Of a stretch of DNA of 64,000 nt, positions 25,769-36,122 are shown one piece after another (position 1 is the first letter of the stretch; each line of letters opens with the position of its first letter). The translations under genes were made by a program, and so were the position numbers. The notes below the pieces were generated by a model. The model did not search any database. It was not told where the DNA came from and saw only the letters and a list, made by a program, of their open reading frames with translations. Source of the stretch: an uncultured bacterium (GTDB lineage Bacteria > Armatimonadota > Abditibacteriia > Abditibacteriales > Abditibacteriaceae); assembly GCA_963843795.1 (NCBI GenBank), contig CAWJLW010000006.1, positions 1,116,001-1,180,000 of the forward strand, written 5' to 3'.

Positions 25769-28008
25769 ATGCGGTCATTGATAGCGAAGTCGTTGTCGCC
25801 GGAAACCCAGTCGGAGTTGTTGGCTGCGCCGTCGTTTTTGCGCGTTTACAAATCTCCCGTCCAAGTCGCCACGCAGGCTTTAGCCTTTGGCGCCATGACG
25901 TGCGCCGTGTTGGGCGTGGCTCCGTTTGCGCCTTTGTCCGCAACGCCTGCCCAAGCTGCCGAAGCCGATGCGCGCGGGCCAATTGTGTCGATTTTGTCGC
26001 CGCAATACTCCGCCGAACTCAAAGGCACCGTGCAGATTCTGGTAGGCATTGAAGCGCGCAAAAACACGCCGCAGACCGTTGAACTGCTAGTCGATGGTCA
26101 GAGCGCTTCCAACGGTGCGATGGCGCTTCAATCGTATCCCTCGGCCAATTACAACTGGGACACTTCTTTGTTCGCTGATGGCCCTCATCGTTTGACCGTA
26201 ATTGTCACCGACACACAGGGTTTTCGCGGCAGCGCTGACGTGAACGTTTACATCAACAACAAAAACCTGCGCGATCTGACGCCGCCCGCCCTAGAATGGT
26301 TGAGTGCCAAGAATGGCGATACATGGCGCGGTTTGGTCGATGTGAAACTGAAAGTTTCCGACAACTTCGGCGTGAAGTATTTGCTCCTGACGCTCAATCC
26401 CGCCGCCACGCCAGACAAGAAACCCGCCGCTTTCGCGTGGTTCCTCAATCGTCCGCCTTACTCGGCTACTTTCGACTCCCGCAAAGCGCCCGATGGCGTT
26501 TACACTCTGCGTGCCCTGTCTTATGACGCATTGGAAAACGAAGGCAGCGCGCCCTCGATCAATGTTACTATTGCCAACAATTCGATCAATCCCACCACGA
26601 TGCCGCGTGTGACGCAATCGACTAATGAGCAGGTCGTTCCGCCCAAAGATAGCCACTCACGCCCGCAAGTAGTGATGCGCCTGTTAACGGCGATACTATT
26701 GTAATTGAAGCACCTCGCGTTGCCAGCGCGCCTGGCCCACGATCCGCCGCGCCTCAGCTTTCCCGCACACCTTTGAACGACATCGGTCCCGCCGGAGCGC
26801 GCACCGTGCCCACAGAAGCGACGGCTCCAGAGCGTATAGTGCGCGACGAAACTTCAAATCTGGCATCGGGCGGACGTTTGAATCCCAACGACTTATTAGC
26901 ACTGGCTCCGCGCCAATCGACCCAGACAGCCACACCACAAATTAGCAAAGCTGCGCCTTCTCAAAATTCTGTCGTCACTCGTCCGACGGTGGCCGCAGTG
27001 CCAAATAGTGCCTCGCACGAAGCCCCCGCATCCGATAGCGCTTCTTTGCTGTCAATGAAAGAGCGCACTCTGTCACCTGCCGCACAGGAACAAATGCGTA
27101 TTGCGCGCGCCGAAACTATGCGCGCCAACGGCGCACAATTGTCGAACGGCAATGGCACGCGCGATGGTTCGATCAGCGCGCCGCTTCCGACCGCCAATCC
27201 CAATAATGCGCGCGATTTGGGCGGGAAAGCCTTATTGCCTTCAGCTGATAAGCGCCTATTAATGGCGCGTGTTGATGGCCTGCCCAACGCGGGCGCTTTT
27301 GTGCCTCTTGCGCCGTCGCGCTTGCCCTCGGCAAACGACGGCAAAGTTGCGGTGAGCGCGCCGGTTTTCCCCAATGCGAATTTGTCTTTTGATGCCACAC
27401 AGCGCTCCAGTTCGCCTTTGCTGGCAGCGGTGCCCTCGCCATCGGTGTTGAAAAACGTGGCGCGCGCGGCCATCACGGTCGCGCCTCTCCCACCCGGTTC
27501 GCCCGGCTCTTTGCCAACGTTCCACACTGCGGCCAAAGGCGAAACGCTGGCTTCGATTTCTCGACAATACAAATTGCCTATCAATGTAGTAGCCAGCCAC
27601 AATAAAATTGCCCCGAACGTTGCGCTGGCAGCGGGTCAGAAAGTGACATTGCCCCAAACGCTGGCGATTTCTTATCAGGGCAAACCTGTAACAGGTGATG
27701 TGGCCGCGATGATGGTCGGCTCGACCGGTGTCACGCCGTTCCGTTTTCTGTTTGAAAAGCAGGGAGGTAAGCTGGAATGGGACGGCAAGAATCACCGCGT
27801 CACGGCGCGCAATTCCACGCATCAAGTCACGCTGAATATCGGCGACGATAAAGCGATGGTCAATGAAAAAGAAGTGATGATGGATTTGGCCGCGTTCTTG
27901 GTTTCGGGCCGCACGATGGTGCCGATTCGCTTTTTTGAAAACGCGCTGCAAGCCAGTGTCGAATGGGAGCCAGCGACCGGCCGTCTGTTCGTGGCGATGG
28001 CACACTGA
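25769..28008 (+). CDS. secreted protein: 2 Ig-like domains, linker, LysM, copper-amine-oxidase-N-like stalk domain; split by an apparent frameshift at 26653-26704
   Basis: ORF 25769-26704 (WDTSLFADGPHRL, FDSRKAPDGVYTL) and ORF 26773-28008 (AKGETLASISRQY...VASHNKI; GRTMVPIRF...VEWEPAT); the second frame is open from 26653. Confidence 0.7.
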
Positions 28009-28049
28009 GATATGCTGCAAGTACTTGCAGAATGGAAAATGTTGCAAAG

Positions 28050-28081
28050 CAAAAAGACACGGCGATTGCCGTGTCTTTTTG
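28050..28081 (+). terminator. probable intrinsic terminator
   Basis: CAAAAAGACACGGC-GATT-GCCGTGTCTTTTTG. Confidence 0.7.
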
Positions 28082-28172
28082 TCGTCTCTTGAATTGTAAA
28101 TTGAAAGTGCAAATCAGGGCAAGTACTGCACCCTCAATTTTCTCAGTAACCAACTTCGATAGTCTATCAATT

Positions 28173-29519
28173 ATGAATTCTTCTACTGCGGCCATTGTCG
28201 CCAAATTCGGTGGCACCAGTCTGGCCAGCGCATCGCAAATCCGTAAAGTCGCGCAAATTGTGCGCGACGACAAACGCCGTCGTTTCGTCGTGGTTTCTGC
28301 GCCCGGCAAGCGCGAAGACAGCGATCAGAAAATTACCGATTTGCTCATCACCTGCTGGCATTTAGCATCGCAAAATCTCGATTATTCTCAGCCGCTGGAA
28401 ATCATTAGCGCACGCTATCGCGACATCGCGCGCGACCTGAATCTGCAAGTTCCCGAAATGGAACTCGCCTTGGAAATTACGCAGCGCGAACTGCAACGCT
28501 TGGCATACGGTGAGGAGAAATCATTGGCCACGCGCGATTGGATGGCGGCGCGAGGCGAATTTCTGATGGCGCTTTTGCTGGCCACCTTTATCGACGCGAC
28601 CTTTGTGCCCGTTGGCGAATGTGTGCGCTTTGGCGCCGATAATCAGCTTGATGAAATTTCTTACACCAATTTAGCCGCGCACATGACCCATTCGGGCGTC
28701 TATGTGATTCCAGGTTTTTACGGGCGCGACCAACAAGGCGCGATCAAAACTTTTCCGCGCGGCGGCTCGGACATCACCGGCGCGGTTGTGGCGCGCGCGG
28801 TTGGTGCGCAATTGTATGAAAACTGGACGGACGTTTCCGGACTTTTGATGGCCGATCCGCGCATCGTGGAAAGGCCGCGCGCAATCAGCGAAGTAACATA
28901 TCGTGAACTGCGCGAATTGTCTTATATGGGCGCCAGCGTCTTGCACGAAGAAACAATTTTTCCCGCGCGCGAAGCGGGCATTCCGATTCATATCAAAAAT
29001 ACCAACGCGCCTGAAGATGCGGGCACGTTGATTCTGGCGCACCGGGAAGTCGATGAGCGCGCGATTATCGGCGTCGCTGGTAAGCCCGGTTTCACGACCA
29101 TTACGCTGGAAAAATCGTTGATGAACCAACAGCGTGGCTTTGGCCGTCGGGTTTTGGAAGTGTTCGAAGCGCACGATGTGTCGTGGGAACACGCACCGAC
29201 TGGCATTGATTCAATGTCGATTGTGAGCAGCGACGAACAATTGCGCGATAAATTGCCGGTCATTATGGACGAATTGAAGCGCATTCTCGAACCTGATAGC
29301 ATCGAGGCTTATCCGAACTTGGCCCTGATTGCGACTGTTGGCGAAGGCATGGCTTATCGCGTCGGCGTGGCAGGAACGTTGTTTGAAGCGTTGCGCAGCG
29401 AAGGCGTTAATGTGCGCATGATTTCGCAGGGCGCGAGCGAAATTAATATCATTGTCGGCGTCGATGATGCCGAATATCAGCGTGCCATTCGCGCAATTTA
29501 CGCGGCGTTTGTAGATTGA
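28173..29519 (+). CDS. lysC: aspartate kinase
   Basis: VAKFGGTSLA, VVVSAPGKR...KITD, RGGSDITG, WTDVSG, two ACT domains (MISQGASEINI); start moved to ATG 28173. Confidence 0.93.
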   Translation: MNSSTAAIVAKFGGTSLASASQIRKVAQIVRDDKRRRFVVVSAPGKREDSDQKITDLLITCWHLASQNLDYSQPLEIISARYRDIARDLNLQVPEMELALEITQRELQRLAYGEEKSLATRDWMAARGEFLMALLLATFIDATFVPVGECVRFGADNQLDEISYTNLAAHMTHSGVYVIPGFYGRDQQGAIKTFPRGGSDITGAVVARAVGAQLYENWTDVSGLLMADPRIVERPRAISEVTYRELRELSYMGASVLHEETIFPAREAGIPIHIKNTNAPEDAGTLILAHREVDERAIIGVAGKPGFTTITLEKSLMNQQRGFGRRVLEVFEAHDVSWEHAPTGIDSMSIVSSDEQLRDKLPVIMDELKRILEPDSIEAYPNLALIATVGEGMAYRVGVAGTLFEALRSEGVNVRMISQGASEINIIVGVDDAEYQRAIRAIYAAFVD

Positions 29520-29553
29520 ACTTCATTTTTCAAAAGTTTGAGATCTCTGGGAA

Positions 29554-29603
29554 ATTAGCGTCTGCATAATCTGCAAGTACTTGCAAAATATGCAGACGCT
29601 AAT
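29554..29603. repeat. 50-bp palindrome (2 mismatches) centred on the iterated motif
   Basis: ATTAGCGTCTGCATAATCTGCAAGT|ACTTGCAAAATATGCAGACGCTAAT. Confidence 0.85.
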
Positions 29604-29639
29604 CGTCTCGCATAAACTGTGCGCGCTTGAATTTTCCTT

Positions 29640-30476
29640 ATGCAACCCGCGCCACCTGCCGAACAATCCATAGATAATCTGCAAATCACGCTCGAACCCG
29701 CGCCGCCTCACACGCGGCCTTATTTGTCGATTGTAGTGCCAGCTTACAACGAAGCCCAGCGTCTGCCCGCGACGCTCAAACGCATGGCGGAATATCTGCA
29801 AACGCGCGATTTTTCCTACCAACTCATCATCGTCGATGACGGCTCGCGCGACGAAACGCGCACCGTGGCGCGCGAGTTTTGCGCGCAGCATTCATGGGCA
29901 CATTTATTAATTTACGACCTGAACGGACACCCGGCCAATCGGGGCAAAGGTTTCGCGGTGCGGCAGGGAATATTGCATAGCAGCGGGCGCGATGTTTTGT
30001 TTTCGGATGCCGATTTATCAACGCCGATTGAAGAAATCGAGCGACTTTTGCCACCGATTTCGCGCGGCGATTGCGACATTTGCATCGCCAGTCGCGCGCT
30101 GCCGGAATCGAAATTAGCGATTCATCAGCCGTGGTATCGTGAATGGATGGGGCGCACGTTCAATCGTTTCGTGCAACGCATCATTCACACATCCGTGATG
30201 GATACGCAGTGCGGTTTCAAGGCGTTTCGCGGCGAAGTCGCCAAAGATATTTTTCGTCGCGCCCGCATCGATGGTTTCGGCTTCGATACCGAGATTATCT
30301 ATTTGGCCGGTAAACTGAATTATCGCGTGCGCGAAATCGGCGTGACGTGGCGCCATCAAGATGATAGCCGTGTTAATCCATTATTGGCGCCGCTGCAAAT
30401 GTTGCGCGAATTGGTCGATGTGCGACTGAACGATTTGCGCGGTTATTACGATGAATCTGTGAAGTCGCAAAATTGA
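29640..30476 (+). CDS. GT2 glycosyltransferase (dolichyl-phosphate beta-glucosyltransferase-like)
   Basis: LSIVVPAYNE, VDDGSRD, NRGKGFAV, FSDADLS, DTQCGFKAF, FGFDTE. Confidence 0.9.
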   Translation: MQPAPPAEQSIDNLQITLEPAPPHTRPYLSIVVPAYNEAQRLPATLKRMAEYLQTRDFSYQLIIVDDGSRDETRTVAREFCAQHSWAHLLIYDLNGHPANRGKGFAVRQGILHSSGRDVLFSDADLSTPIEEIERLLPPISRGDCDICIASRALPESKLAIHQPWYREWMGRTFNRFVQRIIHTSVMDTQCGFKAFRGEVAKDIFRRARIDGFGFDTEIIYLAGKLNYRVREIGVTWRHQDDSRVNPLLAPLQMLRELVDVRLNDLRGYYDESVKSQN

Positions 30477-30524
30477 TTAAATTCGCCCTGCAAGTACTTG
30501 CAGGGCATTACTTTGATAGAAATT

Positions 30525-33500
30525 ATGTTTGAACCGTTTGAAGGCATTCCCGATTATCCGAAATTAGAAACCGAAATCCTACAATTCTGGCACGAAGCCA
30601 AAATCTTCGACCGTTTGCGTGCGCAAAACCAGAACGGCCCGCGCTGGCGTTTTCAGGACGGGCCGATTACCGCCAACAATCCGATGGGCGTGCATCACGC
30701 CTGGGGCCGCACCTACAAAGATATTTTTAACCGTTTCCACGCCATGAACGGGCGCAAATTGCGCTGGCAAAATGGCTTCGATGGACAAGGTTTGTGGGTC
30801 GAAGTCGAAGTTGAAAAAGCGCTGGGTTTCAAAGGCAAACCCGATATTCTGGCGTTTGGCTTGGACAACTTTTCGCGCGCCTGTCGTGAGCGCGTCGAAA
30901 CCTTTTCCGCGCGCATCACCGAGCAATCGATTCGGTTGGGCCAATGGATGGATTGGGAGCATTCGTATTACACATTGGATGATTCCAACATCGAAAACAT
31001 CTGGGGCTTTTTGAAAAAGTGCCACGAAGAAGAATGGCTGGCTTCCGATTACCGCGTGATGCCGTGGTGTCCGCGCTGCGAAACTTCGCTTGTCGCAGCA
31101 CGAAAGCGCCGATTCTTACCGCGACATCACGCATCGCAGCGTTTACATTCAACTGCCGATTTTAGGGCGCGACGAATCATTTTTGGTGTGGACGACGACG
31201 CCATGGACTTTGGCCGCCAATGTTGCGGTCGCGCTGCATCCCGATTTGACTTATTGTCGCGTCAAAAGCGACGACGAAATTCTGATTCTCAGCAAAGGCA
31301 CGCTGAAAACGCGCGCTCAAGCCGGGCTATGAAGTTTTAGAAGAAATTTCCGGGCAGCGAACTGATCGGCTTGAATTATTCCGGGCCGTTCGATGATATT
31401 CCGTTGCAGGAAAAGATGAACGCCCAAACGCCGCGCCGCAGTGTGGCGTGGGAAGAAGTCGGCGAAGACGAAGGCACCGGCATCGTTCATATCGCGCCCG
31501 GTTGCGGCGCCGAAGACTACGAATTGGGCAAGCGCGAAGGTTTGGGATTCATCATTCCCGTCGATACCGGCGCGCGTTTCCTGGAAGGCGCGGGGCAAGT
31601 ACTTGCGGGCCATCACGGGTTGGAAGAAGTTGATTTAATCTTTCAGGAGTTGGAAAAACGTGGGCGTTTGTATCGCGTGCAGAAATATAAACATTCCTAT
31701 CCGCACTGCTGGCGTTGTGGCAGCGAACTGATGTTCTACGCCACGACCGGCTGGTTTATTCAGGCCGAATCCGGGCCGAATCCGGCGCGTCCGCGCTTGC
31801 GTCGCGCGGCCTCAGAAGTGAAATGGGTGCCGGAATATGCGGGCAAGCGCATGGACGAATGGCTGGCCAATATGGGCGATTGGAACATTTCGCGTCGTCG
31901 CTTTTGGGGCTTGCCGCTACCGATTTATGTCGATGACGAAGGTAATTTTGAAGTCATCGGTAGTCGGGCCGAACTGCGCGAACGCGCGGTTGATCCGACG
32001 AAAGTTGATGCCTTGCCGGAACTTCATGTGCCGTGGATTGATGAAATCCAAATCAAATCGCACGACGGCAGCAAAATCTTGACGCGCATTCCCGATGTCG
32101 GCGATGCGTGGCTCGACGCTGGCATTGTGCCTTTTGCCACGCTGGGTTTCAATGGCGCGACCGATTTGCGAATGCCCGCTGAAGTACTTGGGGAGAATCC
32201 CGATGAATACTGGCAGAACTGGTATCCCGCAGATTTCATCACCGAAATGCGCGAGCAGGTGCGCCTGTGGTTTTATTCGATGCTGTTTATGGGCGTGGCA
32301 TTGACCGACCGCGCGCCTTATGAAACCGCGATGGTTTACGAAACCATGCTCGATGAAAACGGCGAGCGCATTTCCAAAACCAAGAAAAATGGCGTGCCTT
32401 ACGACGAAGCGATTGAAACTGTGGGCGCCGATCCGATGCGTTGGACATTTTGCTCGAATCCGTTGAACAAAGATATTCGTTTCGGCTACGCGCCGATTCA
32501 CGAATCGCGGCGCCGCTTGCTGACGCTGTGGAACGTGTATTCGTTTTTCGTGACTTATGCGAACCTGGACAAGCCCGAATTGGGCGCGCAAGTACTTGCA
32601 CCGTCGAATATTCTCGACAAATGGATTCTGGCGCGTTTGCAACAGTTGATTGAAAGTTCTACCAACGCGATTGAAGGTTACGCGCCCTCACAGTTGAGTT
32701 CGGGTGTGGAAAGTTTCGTGGAAGATTTGTCGACCTGGTATGTGCGCCGCAGCCGTCGCCGCTTCTGGAAATCGGAATCTGATGATGACAAAAACAGCGC
32801 GTATCAAACGCTGCATCATGTGCTTTTAACCCTGTCGAAAATCATTGCGCCGGTGATTCCCTTTACCGGCGAAGCGATGTATCGCAACTTGAAAGCGCCG
32901 CTGCAAGACGCGCCGGAAAGCGTGCATTTGTGCGCGTGGCCGAGCGTTGATGAAGCGCTACGCGATGATGAATTGGTGCGCGAAGTCGAGGGCGTTTTGG
33001 CGTGCGTAAGTTTGGGCCATGCCGCGCGCAAAGAATCGAAAATCAAGGTGCGCCAACCGTTGTCCAAAGTGCTGGTGCAAGCGCCGAATACCGTAGCGCG
33101 CACTGGAATTGAGAACTGGCGCGACACGATTCTCGATGAATTGAACGTGAAAGATTTGGAACTGCTGGACGATGCCGGTGATTTGGTGCGTTACAGTTTG
33201 AAAGCCAATCTGCCGAAACTGGGCAAAAAACTGGGCAAGCGCATGGGCGCGGTGCGACAGGTTTTGGAAAACGCTTCAGAACCCGAAGCGCGTCGCATCG
33301 GTGAAGCGGTCGGGCGCGGCGAAAGCGTGACGATTGAGGTCGATGGCGAAAATTTGGAGTTGGCCGCACGATGAAATTTTGGTGGCGACCGAGCAGCAAA
33401 GCGGTTACAGTTTCGCGCAGGATGGCGGCTGGGCGGTGGCGATTGACACGACTTTGACGGATGAATTGGTCTTGGAAGGTTTGGCGCGCGACTTCATTCG

Positions 33501-33732
33501 TGCCGTTCAAAACGCACGCAAAGCCGCCGGTTTTGAAGTCAGCGACCACATCGCGATTTTGCTGCGCGACAGCGAATCGGACGTCGTAGCGGAACTGTTT
33601 GAAGAATGGGGCGAAACCATTCAAAACGAAACGCTGGCCGATGAATTACGTTTGGTGGATGCTGATTATCCCGATATGAACGACGTGACGCTGGGCGAAG
33701 AAACTGTCGGCTTGCGCGTGGAAAAACTCTAA
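30525..33732 (+). CDS. ileS: isoleucyl-tRNA synthetase (type 2-like) with four apparent +1 frameshifts
   Basis: DGPITAN..GVHH, WTTTPWTLAAN, GTGIVHIAPG, YPHCWRC, DWNISRRRFWG, WYVRRSRRRFW, EGLARDFIRAVQNARK spread over shifted frames (breaks near 31090, 31308, 31353, 33365); followed by lspA. Confidence 0.92.
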
Positions 33733-33776
33733 TTTCGCGCCGAGGCGCAGAGATTTCTCTGCGCCTCGGCGCGAAA
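33733..33776. repeat. 44-bp palindrome with 2-nt spacer between ileS and lspA
   Basis: TTTCGCGCCGAGGCGCAGAGA-TT-TCTCTGCGCCTCGGCGCGAAA. Confidence 0.8.
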
Positions 33777-33791
33777 CTGAACACAAAAATT

Positions 33792-34313
33792 ATGAAGCGG
33801 TTTGGTCAATTTTTATTGTGCGCGATGTTCGTCATGACTTTCGATCAAGTCGTGAAGGCGTGGATTCGCCATGAGTTTGAATTGGGCCAATCGCGCGTGA
33901 TTATTCCCGGATGGCTCCATTTTACGTATGTGCTCAATCATGGCGCGGCGTGGGGTGTTTTGACCGGACAGCGTTGGCTTTTGGTCGGCGTGGCGACCGT
34001 CGTGGTTTTTCTGGTCTGTTTAGCGGCGCGCGATATGGGCCAGCGCAGCGTGCTGAGCAACGTGGGCTTGGGCCTGATTCTGGGAGGCGCGCTGGGTAAT
34101 TTGATTGATCGCATCGCTAGCGGCGCGGTGACGGATTTCGTTGATCTCGATACGCCGTGGCACTATTTGCAAACTTTTCCCGTTTGGAACGTTGCTGATG
34201 CTGCTTTGACGATTGGCGTTATCTTTTTAATGCTGGATTTTCTGCGCGGCGAAAAGCACGAAAGCGAAGTGCCTGCGCACACGGAAATTGAAAACGAGGC
34301 CGGAGCCGCGTGA
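33792..34313 (+). CDS. lspA: lipoprotein signal peptidase II
   Basis: DQVVK, NHGAAWG, GGALGNLIDR, VTDF, PVWNVADA. Confidence 0.95.
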   Translation: MKRFGQFLLCAMFVMTFDQVVKAWIRHEFELGQSRVIIPGWLHFTYVLNHGAAWGVLTGQRWLLVGVATVVVFLVCLAARDMGQRSVLSNVGLGLILGGALGNLIDRIASGAVTDFVDLDTPWHYLQTFPVWNVADAALTIGVIFLMLDFLRGEKHESEVPAHTEIENEAGAA

Positions 34314-34372
34314 AAATGTGATGCAAGTACTTGCATCGCTCTTTGAAGTTTGTGGAAGTTGTAGGAAGAACT

Positions 34373-35425
34373 ATGTTGCCAATTTTTGCCGTTATTCCGG
34401 CTTTATCCGCACCGATTTTTGGAGCGTTGGCTGTTTTATTTATTGTCCTCGGTTTGAGCTTGACCGCTTGGAACTTTTCGCGTGCCAATCGCGCTGTCGC
34501 GGTCGGCGCGACGAGTGAATCGGTGACTACTGAAGATGCGAGCGCAGCGTGGACGCCGCTGATTTTCGCCCTTATTGGCGTGGCGATTTTGTTCGCGTGG
34601 ACGCGTGGTTCGATTAAATTGCATTCGTATGGCTTGCTGCTCATCGTCGGCTTTTTGCTGGCGACGTGGAGCGCGATGCGCGAAGCCAAACGGCGCGGCT
34701 ACGATCCGAATTTGATTCTCGATTTGGCCTTGCCGATGCTGCTGGTTTGCATCGCGGCGTGTCGCATCTTGTATGTGATTCTCAATCGCGATCAGTTTTC
34801 TTCGGTCGCGCAAATGTTTCGCATTTGGGATGGCGGCCTATCATTTCACGGCGCATTGGTCGGCGCGATTGCCGTCGTGGCGTTTTATGGTTGGCGTAGC
34901 GGTATCGGCTTCTGGAATCTGGCCGATATGATCGCGCCCAGCGTGTTTTTAGGCTACGCTTTTGGGCGCGTTGGCTGTTTGCTGAACGGTTGTTGTTACG
35001 GTGCGCCGTGCGATTTGCCGTGGGCGATGGTCTTTCCCGTTGAAGGTGGGCCAATTGGAAGTTTCACGCTTCCTTCGCACCCGGCGCAAATTTATTCCTC
35101 GTTGCTGGCGCTGGGCTTATTTGGTTTTATGCAGCGCGCCAAATTGCAGCCGCGCTTCAATCGTTTCGCCGGTCAACTGACGCTGCTGTTTTTTGCACTT
35201 TATGCAGGTGAACGTTTCATCATCGAAATTTTTCGACGCGGCGCGACGGCGCGCACGGTTTTAGGCACCAACTGGTTGACCGAAGCGCAGTTGATGTCGC
35301 TGTTGGGCCTGATTTTCATCGCCGCGTTTTGGATCGTGCGTTCACGCACTGCTAAGCCGAATGCGCACCAAGAAACTGGCTCGCATAATTCGACTTCGGA
35401 TGCTCCGGCATTGCCAACTCATTGA
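34373..35425 (+). CDS. lgt: prolipoprotein diacylglyceryl transferase with extra N-terminal membrane segments
   Basis: HSYGL, RIWDGGLSFHGAL, GRVGCLLNGCCYG, HPAQIY, RFIIEIFR. Confidence 0.92.
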   Translation: MLPIFAVIPALSAPIFGALAVLFIVLGLSLTAWNFSRANRAVAVGATSESVTTEDASAAWTPLIFALIGVAILFAWTRGSIKLHSYGLLLIVGFLLATWSAMREAKRRGYDPNLILDLALPMLLVCIAACRILYVILNRDQFSSVAQMFRIWDGGLSFHGALVGAIAVVAFYGWRSGIGFWNLADMIAPSVFLGYAFGRVGCLLNGCCYGAPCDLPWAMVFPVEGGPIGSFTLPSHPAQIYSSLLALGLFGFMQRAKLQPRFNRFAGQLTLLFFALYAGERFIIEIFRRGATARTVLGTNWLTEAQLMSLLGLIFIAAFWIVRSRTAKPNAHQETGSHNSTSDAPALPTH

Positions 35426-35470
35426 AAAAGTCGCTGCAAGTACTTGCCGCAACCGTTGAATTTCTTTTTT

Positions 35471-36112
35471 ATGTTTCCACCAGTCGAAACCGCTGATGAA
35501 ATTGGTTTGTTGTGCTGGGGCGGCGATTACGAAACTCAGACGTTGCTGGAAGCCTATCGCAACGGCATTTTTCCGTGGCCGCACGAAGGTTATCCGCCGC
35601 TCTGGTTCGCACTGCCCGAACGCGCGATTTTAGAATTCGACCGTTTCCACATTCCGCGCTCGCTGCGCAAACAACTGCGCAGTACCACTTGGCAAGTACG
35701 TATTGACGAAGATTTTTCTGAGGTAATTGCGGCCTGTGCCGCGCCGCGCGATTACGCAGACGGAACGTGGATTTGGCCGGAAATTATCGAAGCTTATACC
35801 CGCTTGCATCGCGCCGGTTTCGTACATTGCCTCGGGGTTTACGACAGCAACGAACTGATTGGCGGCTTGTACGGTGTGTCGATTGGCGGTTACTTCGCGG
35901 GCGAATCCATGTTTCATCGGCGCGCAGGTGCCAGCAAAATGGCGTTGGTCGCACTGGTCGAAATGCTGCGTGAACGCGGCGCAAGTTGGATTGATGTGCA
36001 GCAATTGACGCCCTTATTTGAAACTTTCGGTGCGCGCGAAATTCCGCGTGGTGATTTTATGAAAAAATTGAAAATCGCCTTGAATGCGCCAGATTTGTTC
36101 CCAAAGTTGTAA
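35471..36112 (+). CDS. aat: leucyl/phenylalanyl-tRNA--protein transferase
   Basis: LLEAYRNGIFPW, GTWI, GGLYGV, FAGESMFH, ASKMAL. Confidence 0.93.
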   Translation: MFPPVETADEIGLLCWGGDYETQTLLEAYRNGIFPWPHEGYPPLWFALPERAILEFDRFHIPRSLRKQLRSTTWQVRIDEDFSEVIAACAAPRDYADGTWIWPEIIEAYTRLHRAGFVHCLGVYDSNELIGGLYGVSIGGYFAGESMFHRRAGASKMALVALVEMLRERGASWIDVQQLTPLFETFGAREIPRGDFMKKLKIALNAPDLFPKL

Positions 36113-36122
36113 GCTACTATTG

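Noticed and set aside
28009..28172. Lysine riboswitch upstream of lysC
   Set aside because: The spacer is occupied by a motif copy and a simple terminator; no recognisable aptamer.
30477..30524. T-box leader for ileS
   Set aside because: The spacer is only 48 bp and is filled by a motif hairpin.
30525..33732. Programmed frameshifting or selenocysteine readthrough in ileS
   Set aside because: Four independent breaks are each fixed by deleting one base, no canonical slippery heptamer was seen, and the TGA codons are out of frame after correction; sequencing error is more parsimonious.
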